Shown here: piece by piece, positions 1 to 7,712 of the stretch | How positions within the stretch are numbered: the stretch's first letter is position 1 | Layout of the letters: each line of letters starts with the position of its first letter | Assembly (NCBI GenBank): GCA_035525495.1 | Contig: DATLED010000089.1 | Span: 8,319-32,318 of the forward strand | Source of the DNA: Acidimicrobiales bacterium | GTDB lineage: Bacteria; Actinomycetota; Acidimicrobiia; Acidimicrobiales; CADCTF01 | DNA length: 24,000 nucleotides | Direction of reading: 5' to 3' | Translations under genes and position numbers: made by a program | The notes under the pieces: generated by a model | Databases searched by the model: none | Told to the model about the DNA's origin: nothing | What the model saw: only the letters and a program-made list of their open reading frames with translations

Positions 1-124
1 CGACATCACCCGCAAGCGCAAGCTCCTCGAGAAGCAGAAGGAGGGCAAGAAGCGAATGAAGAACATCGGCCGCGTCGAGGTCCCCCAGGAGGCCTTCATC
101 TCGGCGCTGCGCCTCGAGGAGTAG
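1..124 (+). CDS. lepA: Elongation factor 4 (LepA), last ~40 codons; gene runs off the left edge
   Basis: Frame-2 ORF open to position 1, stop TAG 122-124. Translation [40 protein letters not shown] matches the conserved LepA/EF4 C-terminal tail. Confidence 0.8.
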   Translation, partial: DITRKRKLLEKQKEGKKRMKNIGRVEVPQEAFISALRLEE

Positions 125-132
125 CCCGATAC

Positions 133-155
133 CCTCGGGTCCAAGACACCCGAGG
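133..155 (+). terminator. GC-rich hairpin after lepA (possible terminator or SD-sequestering stem)
   Basis: CCTCGGGT (133-140), 7-nt loop, ACCCGAGG (148-155): perfect 8-bp stem 9 nt after the lepA stop. No U-tract. The 3' arm overlaps the GAGGAAGGGGG Shine-Dalgarno of the next gene. Confidence 0.3.
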
Positions 156-166
156 AAGGGGGCCGC

Positions 167-577
167 ATGTACCGGATCCTGGTCGTGGCCAACGAGACCC
201 TTGAAGGCGCGCACCTGCTCGAGGAGGTGGAGCGCAAGGTCGAACAGGCCGGGGGCGACGTGGGCGTCCACCTCGTCGTCCCCGCGGCTCACGGTCACGG
301 AACGTGGACCGAAGGTGGTGCCAAGGCGGCGGCGCAGCACCGGCTCGACGACGCCATGGTGCTGTTCAAGGAGCTGCACGTCGAGGTGACCGGGGAGGTC
401 GGCGATCCCAGCCCGGTCCTGGCGATCGGCGATGCGCTGCTCATCCGTCACTACGACGAGATCGTGCTGTCGACCCTGCCGCGGGGCGTCTCGCGGTGGC
501 TCAAGCAGGACGCCGTCTCCCGGATCCAGCGCGACCACCCGTCGATCCCGCTGACCCACGTGGCCGCATCGGGGTGA
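167..577 (+). CDS. Small universal-stress-protein-like (USP fold) protein
   Basis: 136-aa ORF; ATG 167 is preceded by GAGGAAGGGGG. MYRILVVANETL...HLVVPA...DEIVLSTLP has the beta-strand/loop pattern of USP-like proteins. G/C-rich third positions. Confidence 0.55.
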   Translation: MYRILVVANETLEGAHLLEEVERKVEQAGGDVGVHLVVPAAHGHGTWTEGGAKAAAQHRLDDAMVLFKELHVEVTGEVGDPSPVLAIGDALLIRHYDEIVLSTLPRGVSRWLKQDAVSRIQRDHPSIPLTHVAASG

Positions 578-594
578 TGGGGTAGAAGGGGCGC

Positions 595-1146
595 ATGCTC
601 ACCGGCCTGCTCCTCCTTCGCCTCCTCATCGGCCTGACCCTCGCCGCCCACGGCTCGCAGAAGGTCTTCGGCGCCTTCGGCGGCGGCGGCCTCGAGGGCA
701 CTGGGGCGTGGCTCGAGTCGATCGGCTTCCGGCCTGCGCGTCGCCAGGCGCTGATGGCCGGCGGGACGGAGCTTCTCGGCGGGCTGGCGCTCGCGTGCGG
801 GCTCATGACCCCGTTCGCCGCGGCCGGGATCATCGGGGTGATGGCCGTCGCCGGGGTCGCCGGCCACGGTGGCAAGGGGTTCTTCATCACGAGGGGCGGG
901 TGGGAGTACTGCGTCGTCCTCGCCGGCGCTGCCGCGGTCCTGGCCTTCACCGGACCTGGTGACTTCTCGATCGACCACCTGATCGGCTTCGACGGTGGCG
1001 GCAACCTCTGGGGTCTGTTCGCGGTCGCTCTCGGCGTTGCCGGTGCCGCCGGACAGATGGCGACACGGCGCACGCAGGTCGACCTGCGGGACTCGGGTGC
1101 GATCGCCGGCCCGAGGGTCGCGACGCGCCAGGCCGTCGACGGCTGA
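595..1146 (+). CDS. DoxX-family integral membrane protein
   Basis: 183 aa. N-terminus LLLLRLLIGLTLAAHGSQKVFG is the DoxX signature (LRxxxGxxFxxHGxxK). About four hydrophobic segments. GAAGGGG SD before ATG 595. Confidence 0.75.
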   Translation: MLTGLLLLRLLIGLTLAAHGSQKVFGAFGGGGLEGTGAWLESIGFRPARRQALMAGGTELLGGLALACGLMTPFAAAGIIGVMAVAGVAGHGGKGFFITRGGWEYCVVLAGAAAVLAFTGPGDFSIDHLIGFDGGGNLWGLFAVALGVAGAAGQMATRRTQVDLRDSGAIAGPRVATRQAVDG

Positions 1147-1199
1147 CGACCCGGTGCTCCTGCCGCAGGCCGTCGCCGCGACACGGGTGACGGAGACGG

Positions 1200-1226
1200 T
1201 TAGCACTCGGTACTCTTGAGTGCCAA
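1200..1226 (+). promoter_or_regulatory. CIRCE operator (HrcA binding site)
   Basis: TTAGCACTC (1200-1208)-N9-GAGTGCCAA (1218-1226) versus consensus TTAGCACTC-N9-GAGTGCTAA: one mismatch. Lies directly in front of hrcA. Confidence 0.88.
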
Positions 1227-1228
1227 AG

Positions 1229-2239
1229 ATGACCGACCCCTTGGATGACCGAAAAGCCGACATCCTCCGAGCCGTCGTGGAGGAGTACATCGAGACGGCC
1301 CAGCCCGTGGGGTCGTCTCGAATCGTGCAGTCCGGAGGGCTCCACGTGTCCGCGGCCACCGTGCGCAACGAGCTGTCGGTGCTCGAACGCGAGGGGTACA
1401 TCACCCAGCCCCACACCAGCGCCGGCCGCATCCCCACGGAGAAGGGGTACCGGTTCTTCGTCGACCAGCTCACACCGAAGGGGTCGCTCCAGCCCGCGCA
1501 GCGCCAGGCCGTGCAGAGCTTCTTCAACACGACCCACGGCGCCCTGGAGCAGATGCTCCACGACACGAGCCGCCTCCTGTCGAACCTGACCGACTATGCC
1601 GCCGTCGTCGTCGGGCCGCCGCACGAGGCGGCGACGATCCGTTCCATCCAACTCGTCGGACTGGCGCCGCGCGTCGCCCTCCTCGTCGCCGTGCTCTCGA
1701 ACGGGGTCGTCGAGAAGCGGTCCATCGACCTCGACGAGGACACCGGTGACGAGGTCGTCGCGGCGGCGACGAACCGCCTGGCCGGGGCGTTGGTCGGGAA
1801 GGCGGTCGGCGAGGTCGTGACCGTGACCAGCGCTGGGAACGCCCACGTCGACGCCACCATCGATGCCGCCTTGTGCGAACTGCGTGCCAGCCACGACGAC
1901 GAGCCCGACCACGTCTTCGTCGGAGGCGCCTCCCGCATGGCGAGCGCCTTCGACGCCGTCGGCACGGTCGGCCAGGTGTTGCAGATCCTCGAGCAGCAGT
2001 ACGTCGTCGTCTCGCTGTTGAAGGACGTGCTCGACCGTGGCCTCTCCGTCGCCATCGGCAGCGAAGTCGGCAACGAGTCGTTGGCCGAATGCTCGGTCGT
2101 CGTGTCGCCGTACGAGGTCGAAGGCGAGCCGGCGGGAACGATCGGGGTCATCGGACCGACCCGCATGAAGTACCCGCAGGCGCTGGCTGCCGTCGCCCTC
2201 GTCAGCCAACGGCTCGGCCGCCGGCTCTCCGAGGGCTGA
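1229..2239 (+). CDS. hrcA: Heat-inducible transcription repressor HrcA
   Basis: MTDPLDDRKADILRAVVEEYIETAQPVGSSRI... is the canonical HrcA winged-helix N-terminus. Followed 2 nt later by dnaJ. The ORF track starts at GTG 1220, which lies inside the CIRCE right arm, so ATG 1229 is preferred. Confidence 0.93.
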   Translation: MTDPLDDRKADILRAVVEEYIETAQPVGSSRIVQSGGLHVSAATVRNELSVLEREGYITQPHTSAGRIPTEKGYRFFVDQLTPKGSLQPAQRQAVQSFFNTTHGALEQMLHDTSRLLSNLTDYAAVVVGPPHEAATIRSIQLVGLAPRVALLVAVLSNGVVEKRSIDLDEDTGDEVVAAATNRLAGALVGKAVGEVVTVTSAGNAHVDATIDAALCELRASHDDEPDHVFVGGASRMASAFDAVGTVGQVLQILEQQYVVVSLLKDVLDRGLSVAIGSEVGNESLAECSVVVSPYEVEGEPAGTIGVIGPTRMKYPQALAAVALVSQRLGRRLSEG

Positions 2240-2241
2240 TC

Positions 2242-3375
2242 GTGGCGACCGACTACTACGACTTGCTCGGCGTCAGCCGGACGGCCAGCGACGACGACAT
2301 CAAGAAGGCGTACCGCAAGCTCGCTCGCGAGCTGCACCCCGACGCCAATCCCGATGACCCGTCGGCCCACGAACGCTTCAAGGACGTGTCGACCGCGTAC
2401 GAGACGCTCCGCGATCCGGAGCGACGCCGGCGCTACGACCAGTTCGGTCCCGATGCCGCCCGCGCCGGCGCGGCCGGCGACCCGTTCGGCTTCGGCGGCG
2501 CGGGTGGCGGCCTCGGCGACATCTTCGATGCCTTCTTCGGTGGAGCCGCCGGCGGAGGGTTCGGCGCAGCAGGGCGGCGCGGTGGTCCTTCCCGGGGCAA
2601 CGACTTGGAGCTTTTGGTCGAGCTCGACTTCGAGGAAGCGGTCTTCGGCGTCCGGCGGGAGATCAAGGTGCGGGCGCCCGTCCCGTGCGACACGTGCGAG
2701 GCGACCGGCGCCGCGCCCGGCACGACGGCGACCACGTGCGCCGCCTGCGGCGGTACCGGCGAGGTGCGCCGTGTGCGCCAGTCGATCCTCGGCCAGATGG
2801 TGACCGCCAGTCCGTGCACCCGCTGCGGCGGCGCCGGACAGGAGATCGCCACGCCCTGTCAGGCATGCCGCGGCGAGGGGCGTCGCACCGAGGAGAAGAC
2901 CTACGAGGTCGACATCCCCGCCGGCGTCGACGACGGGACGCAGCTGCGGCTCCCCGGCCGCGGCGGCGCCGGTCCCCGTGGCGGACCGCTCGGTGACCTG
3001 TACCTCCACACGCGGGTGGGTCCGCACGAGCGCTTTCGCCGAAACGGACAAGACCTCGTCGCCGACCTCCACATCCCGATGACGCAGGCGGCGCTCGGCG
3101 CCCACCTCACGTTCGAGACCCTTGACGGCGAGGAGGACCTCGCGCTGCCCCCGGGAACGCAGTCCGGGCGCGTGTTCGAGCTACGCGGGCGCGGGGTGCC
3201 GGGTGGACGGGGGCGGGCCCGGGGTGACCTGCTCGTCCAGGTGTTCGTCGACACGCCGACAGATCTCGGCAAGGAGGAGCAGGACCTGCTCCGTCGGCTG
3301 GCGGCGATCCGGGACGAGGAGGTCGCTCCGGAGGAGACCGGCTTCCTCTCGCGGATCAAGTCGGCGTTCAAGTAG
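2242..3375 (+). CDS. dnaJ: Chaperone DnaJ (Hsp40)
   Basis: J-domain DYYDLLGVSRTASDDDIKKAYRKLARELHPD, G/F-rich linker, four CxxCxGxG zinc motifs (CDTCEATG, CAACGGTG, CTRCGGAG, CQACRGEG). GTG 2242 follows the hrcA stop. The upstream part of the 500-aa track ORF is shadow. Confidence 0.95.
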   Translation: MATDYYDLLGVSRTASDDDIKKAYRKLARELHPDANPDDPSAHERFKDVSTAYETLRDPERRRRYDQFGPDAARAGAAGDPFGFGGAGGGLGDIFDAFFGGAAGGGFGAAGRRGGPSRGNDLELLVELDFEEAVFGVRREIKVRAPVPCDTCEATGAAPGTTATTCAACGGTGEVRRVRQSILGQMVTASPCTRCGGAGQEIATPCQACRGEGRRTEEKTYEVDIPAGVDDGTQLRLPGRGGAGPRGGPLGDLYLHTRVGPHERFRRNGQDLVADLHIPMTQAALGAHLTFETLDGEEDLALPPGTQSGRVFELRGRGVPGGRGRARGDLLVQVFVDTPTDLGKEEQDLLRRLAAIRDEEVAPEETGFLSRIKSAFK

Positions 3376-3377
3376 CG

Positions 3378-4160
3378 GTGGAGGTCCCGGCGAGATCGGC
3401 GGCGCACGTGTTCGTCGCCGACCTCGATCGGCCCGTGATCGACGACGTCGACCGTCACCATCTCGAGCGGGTGCTGCGCCTGCGGATCGGCGAGAGGGTC
3501 ACCGCATCAGACGGTCGGGGCGGCCTGCGGGTGTGTGCGTTCGCTGCAGGCGGCGCGCTCGAGCCCTTGGGCGATGTGGACCTCGCTGCGTCGCCGTTGT
3601 CGCCATCGATCGGCGTCGGTTTCGCGCTGGTGAAGGCCGTGAAGCCGGAGTGGATCGTCCAGAAGCTGACCGAACTGGGGGTCGACCGCATCCTTCCGTT
3701 CACGGCGGAGCGTTCGGTGGTGCGCTGGGACGAGTCCAAGGCAGCTCGCAACCTGGATCGGCTCCGGCGGGCGGCGGTGGAAGCGGCGATGCAGTCGCGG
3801 CGGAGGTGGCTCCCTCAGGTCGAACCGGTGCGACCCTTGGCGCGGCTCACGCGGGAGGGGACGAGCGGGATTGCCCTCGCGGATGCGTCGGGTGAACCGC
3901 CGTCACTCGAGTGGCCGACGGTCCTCGTGGGGCCCGAGGGTGGTTGGTCGGACGCCGAACGATCGGCCGGTTCCGAGCGATTTGTCCGATTCGGATCGGC
4001 CGTCCTGCGGGCCGAAACGGCCGCCGTGACGGCCGGTGTGCTCCTCAGCGGGCTGCGCGAATCGGTCATTTCGCCCGTGAAACGACGCGAAGAGCGGTCG
4101 TCGTCGGATTTTCTGTCACGGAATGTGGGTGATTCGGCATCGAACGTGGAATACTGCTGA
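3378..4160 (+). CDS. rsmE: 16S rRNA (uracil1498-N3)-methyltransferase RsmE family
   Basis: AHVFV...LDRPVIDDVDRHHLERVLRLRIGERV (PUA-like N-terminus) and LVGPEGGWSDAE...LRAETAAV (SPOUT knot motif). The last ~30 codons use atypical A/T-ending codons (see findings). Confidence 0.85.
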   Translation: MEVPARSAAHVFVADLDRPVIDDVDRHHLERVLRLRIGERVTASDGRGGLRVCAFAAGGALEPLGDVDLAASPLSPSIGVGFALVKAVKPEWIVQKLTELGVDRILPFTAERSVVRWDESKAARNLDRLRRAAVEAAMQSRRRWLPQVEPVRPLARLTREGTSGIALADASGEPPSLEWPTVLVGPEGGWSDAERSAGSERFVRFGSAVLRAETAAVTAGVLLSGLRESVISPVKRREERSSSDFLSRNVGDSASNVEYC

Positions 4161-4181
4161 GGAACGAGGAGGGCCGCACCC

Positions 4182-4742
4182 GTGAGTGAAGCCGAGATGC
4201 CGACGAACTACGCACGCCGCGTCGGCGAGCGCCTGCGCCTCATCCGCAAGCAGAAGGGGCTGTCGTTGCAGGAGGTCGAGGCCTCCAGCTCCCAGGAGTT
4301 CAAGGCATCCGTGCTGGGCGCCTACGAGCGGGGTGAGCGGGCCATCTCCGTCCCGCGGCTGCAGCGGCTGGCCAAGTTCTACGCCGTTCCGGTCGACCAG
4401 CTGCTCCCGCAGGACGTCGACGCGTACCCGGCGCTCCGGGACGACGAGGTCATCGAGGTGACCGCCGCCGAGGCCGAGTCAGGTGAGGCGACGCCGGCTC
4501 GTGGCAGTCGCCGTTTCGAGGATGAGCGGGTGTCGATCGACCTCACCCGCCTGCAGGCGCTCGCCGCGCAGGAGCGGGAGATGCTGACCCGTTACCTCGG
4601 CATGATCCAAGTCCAGCGTCAGGACTTCAACGGCAAGGTGCTCACGATCCGCAACGAGGATCTGCGCGCCATCGCCTGCCTCTTCGAGACGACGACCGAT
4701 TCGATGCGTCGTCGCCTCGACGAGCTCGGCCTCCGGAGATAA
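4182..4742 (+). CDS. XRE-family helix-turn-helix transcriptional regulator with uncharacterised C-terminal domain
   Basis: GAGGAGG SD 9 nt before GTG 4182. VGERLRLIRKQKGLSLQEVEA...FKASVLGAYERGERAISVPRLQRLAKFYAVPVDQLL is a Cro/C1-type HTH. The C-terminal 80 aa have no motif I recognise. Confidence 0.7.
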   Translation: MSEAEMPTNYARRVGERLRLIRKQKGLSLQEVEASSSQEFKASVLGAYERGERAISVPRLQRLAKFYAVPVDQLLPQDVDAYPALRDDEVIEVTAAEAESGEATPARGSRRFEDERVSIDLTRLQALAAQEREMLTRYLGMIQVQRQDFNGKVLTIRNEDLRAIACLFETTTDSMRRRLDELGLRR

Positions 4743-4755
4743 TCGGAGCCGTTCC

Positions 4756-5913
4756 GTGCGCCCCCGCAGCGTCGGGAGCGCCGGCGAGCAGCCGCCCGTC
4801 GAGCGGCAAGCACCGGCGCCCGCAGGGCCCCTCTCCGCAGAGCGAGACCATCGATACGGCGTTTATGTACACGTCCCGTTCTGCGAGCGGCGGTGCGACT
4901 ACTGCGCGTTCGCGACGTGGACGGATCGGCATCACCTGCAGGCCGCGTACGTCGACGCTTGCGTGCAGGAGGTCGTGTCGGCGGCGCTGCCGCCGGCGAC
5001 CAGCGTGTTCTTCGGTGGCGGGACTCCGTCGCTGTTGCCTCCCGCCCTGTTGCTCCGGATCCTCGACGCCATCGCACGGGTGCCGGGCGCCGAGGTCACG
5101 GTCGAGTGCAACCCGGACACCGTGACCCCTGCGTTGCTCGAGTCGTACCTCGCAGGCGGGGTGAACCGGCTGTCGTTCGGCGTGCAGTCGATGGTGCCGC
5201 ACGTGCTGGCGTCGCTGGGGCGGACGCACGACGTCGCCAACGTGTCGCGGTGCGCGGCGCTGGCCCGTTCGCTGGGGTTCGCGTCGTGGAACATGGACCT
5301 CATCCACGGTGCCTTCGGCGAGTCGTCGGACGATTGGCGGCGGACGGTGTCGTCCGTGCTGGAGCTCGAGCCGCCGCATCTCAGCGCGTATGCGCTGACG
5401 GTCGAGCAGGGGACTCCACTGGCGGCCGATGCGACCCGTCACCCGGACGAGGACGACGAGGCCGACAAGTACCTCGTGGTCGACGCGATGTGCGCGGAGG
5501 TGGGCCTTGCGTCGTACGAGATCTCGAACTGGGCGCGGCCGGCGCACGAGTGTCGCCACAACCTCCTGTACTGGACGCAGGGCAACTACCGGGGGATCGG
5601 GTGTGCCGCCCATTCGCACGCTTCGGGACGCCGGTGGTGGAACGTGCGGACGCCCGAGCGCTACATCGCCCTGCTGGCTGCGGGGAAGTCGCCATTGGCG
5701 GCTTCGGAGTCGCTGGACGCCGAGGCCCAACGAGTCGAGGGGTTGCAGCTCTCGTTGCGGACGTCAGCGGGCGTCCCCGCCTCCTCGTTGTCGTCGGCGG
5801 ACGTGGCGGCGCTCGGGGGGTTGTTGGTCGTCGCCGAGGACGACGACGTGCGGGTACGGCTCAGTGTCACCGGTCGGCTGCTGGCCAACGAGGTGGCCGT
5901 GCGGCTGCGCTAG
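4756..5913 (+). CDS. hemW: Radical SAM heme chaperone HemW / oxygen-independent coproporphyrinogen oxidase-like protein
   Basis: YVHVPFCERRCDYCAF (CxxxCxxC radical-SAM cluster), FFGGGTPSLL, NRLSFGVQS, NLLYW motifs. CGGAG SD 7 nt before GTG 4756. Confidence 0.88.
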   Translation: MRPRSVGSAGEQPPVERQAPAPAGPLSAERDHRYGVYVHVPFCERRCDYCAFATWTDRHHLQAAYVDACVQEVVSAALPPATSVFFGGGTPSLLPPALLLRILDAIARVPGAEVTVECNPDTVTPALLESYLAGGVNRLSFGVQSMVPHVLASLGRTHDVANVSRCAALARSLGFASWNMDLIHGAFGESSDDWRRTVSSVLELEPPHLSAYALTVEQGTPLAADATRHPDEDDEADKYLVVDAMCAEVGLASYEISNWARPAHECRHNLLYWTQGNYRGIGCAAHSHASGRRWWNVRTPERYIALLAAGKSPLAASESLDAEAQRVEGLQLSLRTSAGVPASSLSSADVAALGGLLVVAEDDDVRVRLSVTGRLLANEVAVRLR

Positions 5914-5928
5914 GAGGTGGTGCCGGCA

Positions 5929-6663
5929 CTACGTCGGCGGCAGCTCGATGACGTCGCCGGGGAACACCAGATCCGGATCGTCCCGGTGCCGGAGGCGGCG
6001 CCGGTTGTGTTCGATCAGGCGCCGCCAGTACGGATCGACCTCACCGTCGGTCGGCGGTCGCCGCCACGCCGCTTCGAGGGTGCGTTCCGCCACCCGCCAC
6101 AGGTGATCCCCCGGCTGGATCGTCCACGTCCCGGGCCCGCGCATCGTGACCGGGGGCATCGGCTCCGTCGTGTCCGGCACAGGAGTGGTGTCGGCGAGTC
6201 GCCGCATCGTGACGGGGGGTGGTCCTTCGTTCGCTCGCGGCGAGTCATCCGGGAGGCGTTGCATCGTGATCGATGTCGCGTCGTCCGAGGCGCGCTCGGC
6301 GGCGGCGGCGGCGGAGGTGATCGTGACGGAGGCGGCGACGAGTCCCATGGCTGCTCTGACCACCCGACCCACCTGCACCGGAGCGCGGCGTTCCACGGCC
6401 GAAGCCAACCCGTCCGCACGGATCACGCGCAGCGTGCCCGAGACGGCGGTGGCTGCGAGGAGGTACCACGCCAGCGCCAGGAGGAGGACACGGAGCAGCG
6501 CGAAGGCGGCGGTGGCGGGTCCAAAGGCCTCGAGCCACGGGCCCAAGTCGTGCATCGGTGGCGTGCCGAGGGGGCCGTGGCCAAGGGCCTCCAGAACGAC
6601 GAGTGCGGCGACCAGAAAGGCGCACCACCCGGCGAGGACCGCGACCGCTCGGCATCGGGTCAT
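5929..6663 (-). CDS. Membrane protein with three ~20-aa tandem repeats and a C-terminal LysM-like peptidoglycan-binding domain
   Basis: ATG 6663-6661 overlaps the upstream stop (ATGA). 2-3 hydrophobic helices (AVAVLAGWCAFLVAALVVL, FALLRVLLLALAWYLLAATAV). The C-terminus WTIQPGDHLWRVAERTL...YWRRLIEHN...DPDLVFPGDVIELP has the LysM pattern. Confidence 0.65.
   Translation of the reverse strand: MTRCRAVAVLAGWCAFLVAALVVLEALGHGPLGTPPMHDLGPWLEAFGPATAAFALLRVLLLALAWYLLAATAVSGTLRVIRADGLASAVERRAPVQVGRVVRAAMGLVAASVTITSAAAAAERASDDATSITMQRLPDDSPRANEGPPPVTMRRLADTTPVPDTTEPMPPVTMRGPGTWTIQPGDHLWRVAERTLEAAWRRPPTDGEVDPYWRRLIEHNRRRLRHRDDPDLVFPGDVIELPPT
6142..6269 (-). repeat. Three in-frame tandem repeat units (57-63 nt period) inside the LysM-protein gene
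   Basis: The + strand 8-mer CATCGTGA recurs at 6142, 6205 and 6262. It encodes ITMQRLPDD.../VTMRRLADT.../VTMRGPG... immediately before the LysM domain. Confidence 0.55.
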
Positions 6664-7241
6664 CGCCGTGAACCGGTCGTCACGACCTCGATGCCGCCGC
6701 CGGCTCGGCGCACGGCGGCGCGACCGCACCCGCTCGGGTCGGCGGCGATGGCAACGGCGTCCCCGGGGATCGACGGTCCGGCGGCGGCAGCGGTCGTTGC
6801 GGCGCCGGTCGCCCACTCGCGGAAGACGAAGAGTTGGGACGTCCCCGGACGGGCGACCGCGGGAGTCGGCTGGCCGTCGCAATCCCAGTCTCCGACGGCG
6901 ACGAGGTCGCCGGGAGCGCCGACGGACCAGCGGTGGCCCCCGGAACGGATCTCGTTGCCGACGACCTCCACCGGTTCCGCGGGCCACACCCGGGCGACGA
7001 CCGTCGTCGTCACCGCCGAGGTCCGCGGACCGGGCGCCAGGGGCTCGAGGGTGGCCGGGGGCGCCGCCGGCCGACGGAGCGCGGTACCGCCGATCACGGC
7101 CGCGGCGACGGCGACCACGACGAAGGCGGCGAGGAGCAGGCGCCGGGTGTCGACGACGCCCGCGCCTCCGGCGTCGTCGTCCACCCCGCGGAGGCCTCGA
7201 CGGAGCTCGTCGAAGGCCTCGTCGACGTCGCGCCCTTCCAT
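6660..7241 (-). CDS. Single-pass membrane protein with FG-GAP/VCBS-like GDWDCDG motif
   Basis: 193 aa with strong G/C third-position bias. TM anchor LLLAAFVVVAVAAAVIGGTAL. Extracytoplasmic part contains GDLVAVGDWDCDGQPTPAVARPGTSQLFVF, which resembles the GDW(D/N)GDG..D.AV.RP repeat of FG-GAP/VCBS proteins. Confidence 0.6.
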   Translation of the reverse strand: MEGRDVDEAFDELRRGLRGVDDDAGGAGVVDTRRLLLAAFVVVAVAAAVIGGTALRRPAAPPATLEPLAPGPRTSAVTTTVVARVWPAEPVEVVGNEIRSGGHRWSVGAPGDLVAVGDWDCDGQPTPAVARPGTSQLFVFREWATGAATTAAAAGPSIPGDAVAIAADPSGCGRAAVRRAGGGIEVVTTGSRR

Positions 7242-7274
7242 CTCTCATGGAATAACAGGAAACATCATGAAAGG

Positions 7275-7712
7275 TCAAGACTGACGAATGGTCGCCTCTG
7301 ACCGGGCGTGGACTTCGGTCGAGTCCGGAGCACCCGGGATCGCCTTGGCGAAGATCGACCGCACCCGGGCCGTCGCCTCGACTCTCACATGCGCACCGTC
7401 GGTCGTGGCGTCCCCCGCCCACGACTCGTAGCCGCCGGGAACCTGGTCCGCCGAGAACGCCAGCCGGGCGAACGCCGAAGCGCGTCGATCGTCGAGGAAC
7501 AGGAGGCCACGCTCCCCGTAGAACGCCGAGTCCGATACCGCCGACCCGGCGATGTCGTTCGCGGTGGCGGCCGTCCGGTTGGCGAGGTCGCGCTGCGCCA
7601 GGAAGACCACGGCCGAATCGACGCAGATGGCGCCGAGCACCAACAGCACGAGCACCGCCGCAGGCACGAGCATCAACGCCGACCCCTCCTCTCGACTGCG
7701 CCCTGCGATCAC
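7275..7712 (-). CDS. TadG/TadE-like Flp pilus assembly protein (minor pilin-like)
   Basis: GTG 7712-7710 overlaps the upstream TGA (GTGA). N-terminus GSALMLVPAAVLVLLVLGAICVDSAVVFLAQRDLANRTAATANDIAG matches the TadE/G-like N-terminal pattern. Confidence 0.65.
   Translation of the reverse strand: MIAGRSREEGSALMLVPAAVLVLLVLGAICVDSAVVFLAQRDLANRTAATANDIAGSAVSDSAFYGERGLLFLDDRRASAFARLAFSADQVPGGYESWAGDATTDGAHVRVEATARVRSIFAKAIPGAPDSTEVHARSEATIRQS

Noticed and set aside
947-3105. Long minus-strand ORFs (947-2209, 1594-3105) antisense to hrcA/dnaJ
   Set aside because: They lie opposite unmistakable HrcA and DnaJ coding sequence. The products are low-complexity R/A/G/D-rich. This is the typical high-GC antisense artefact.
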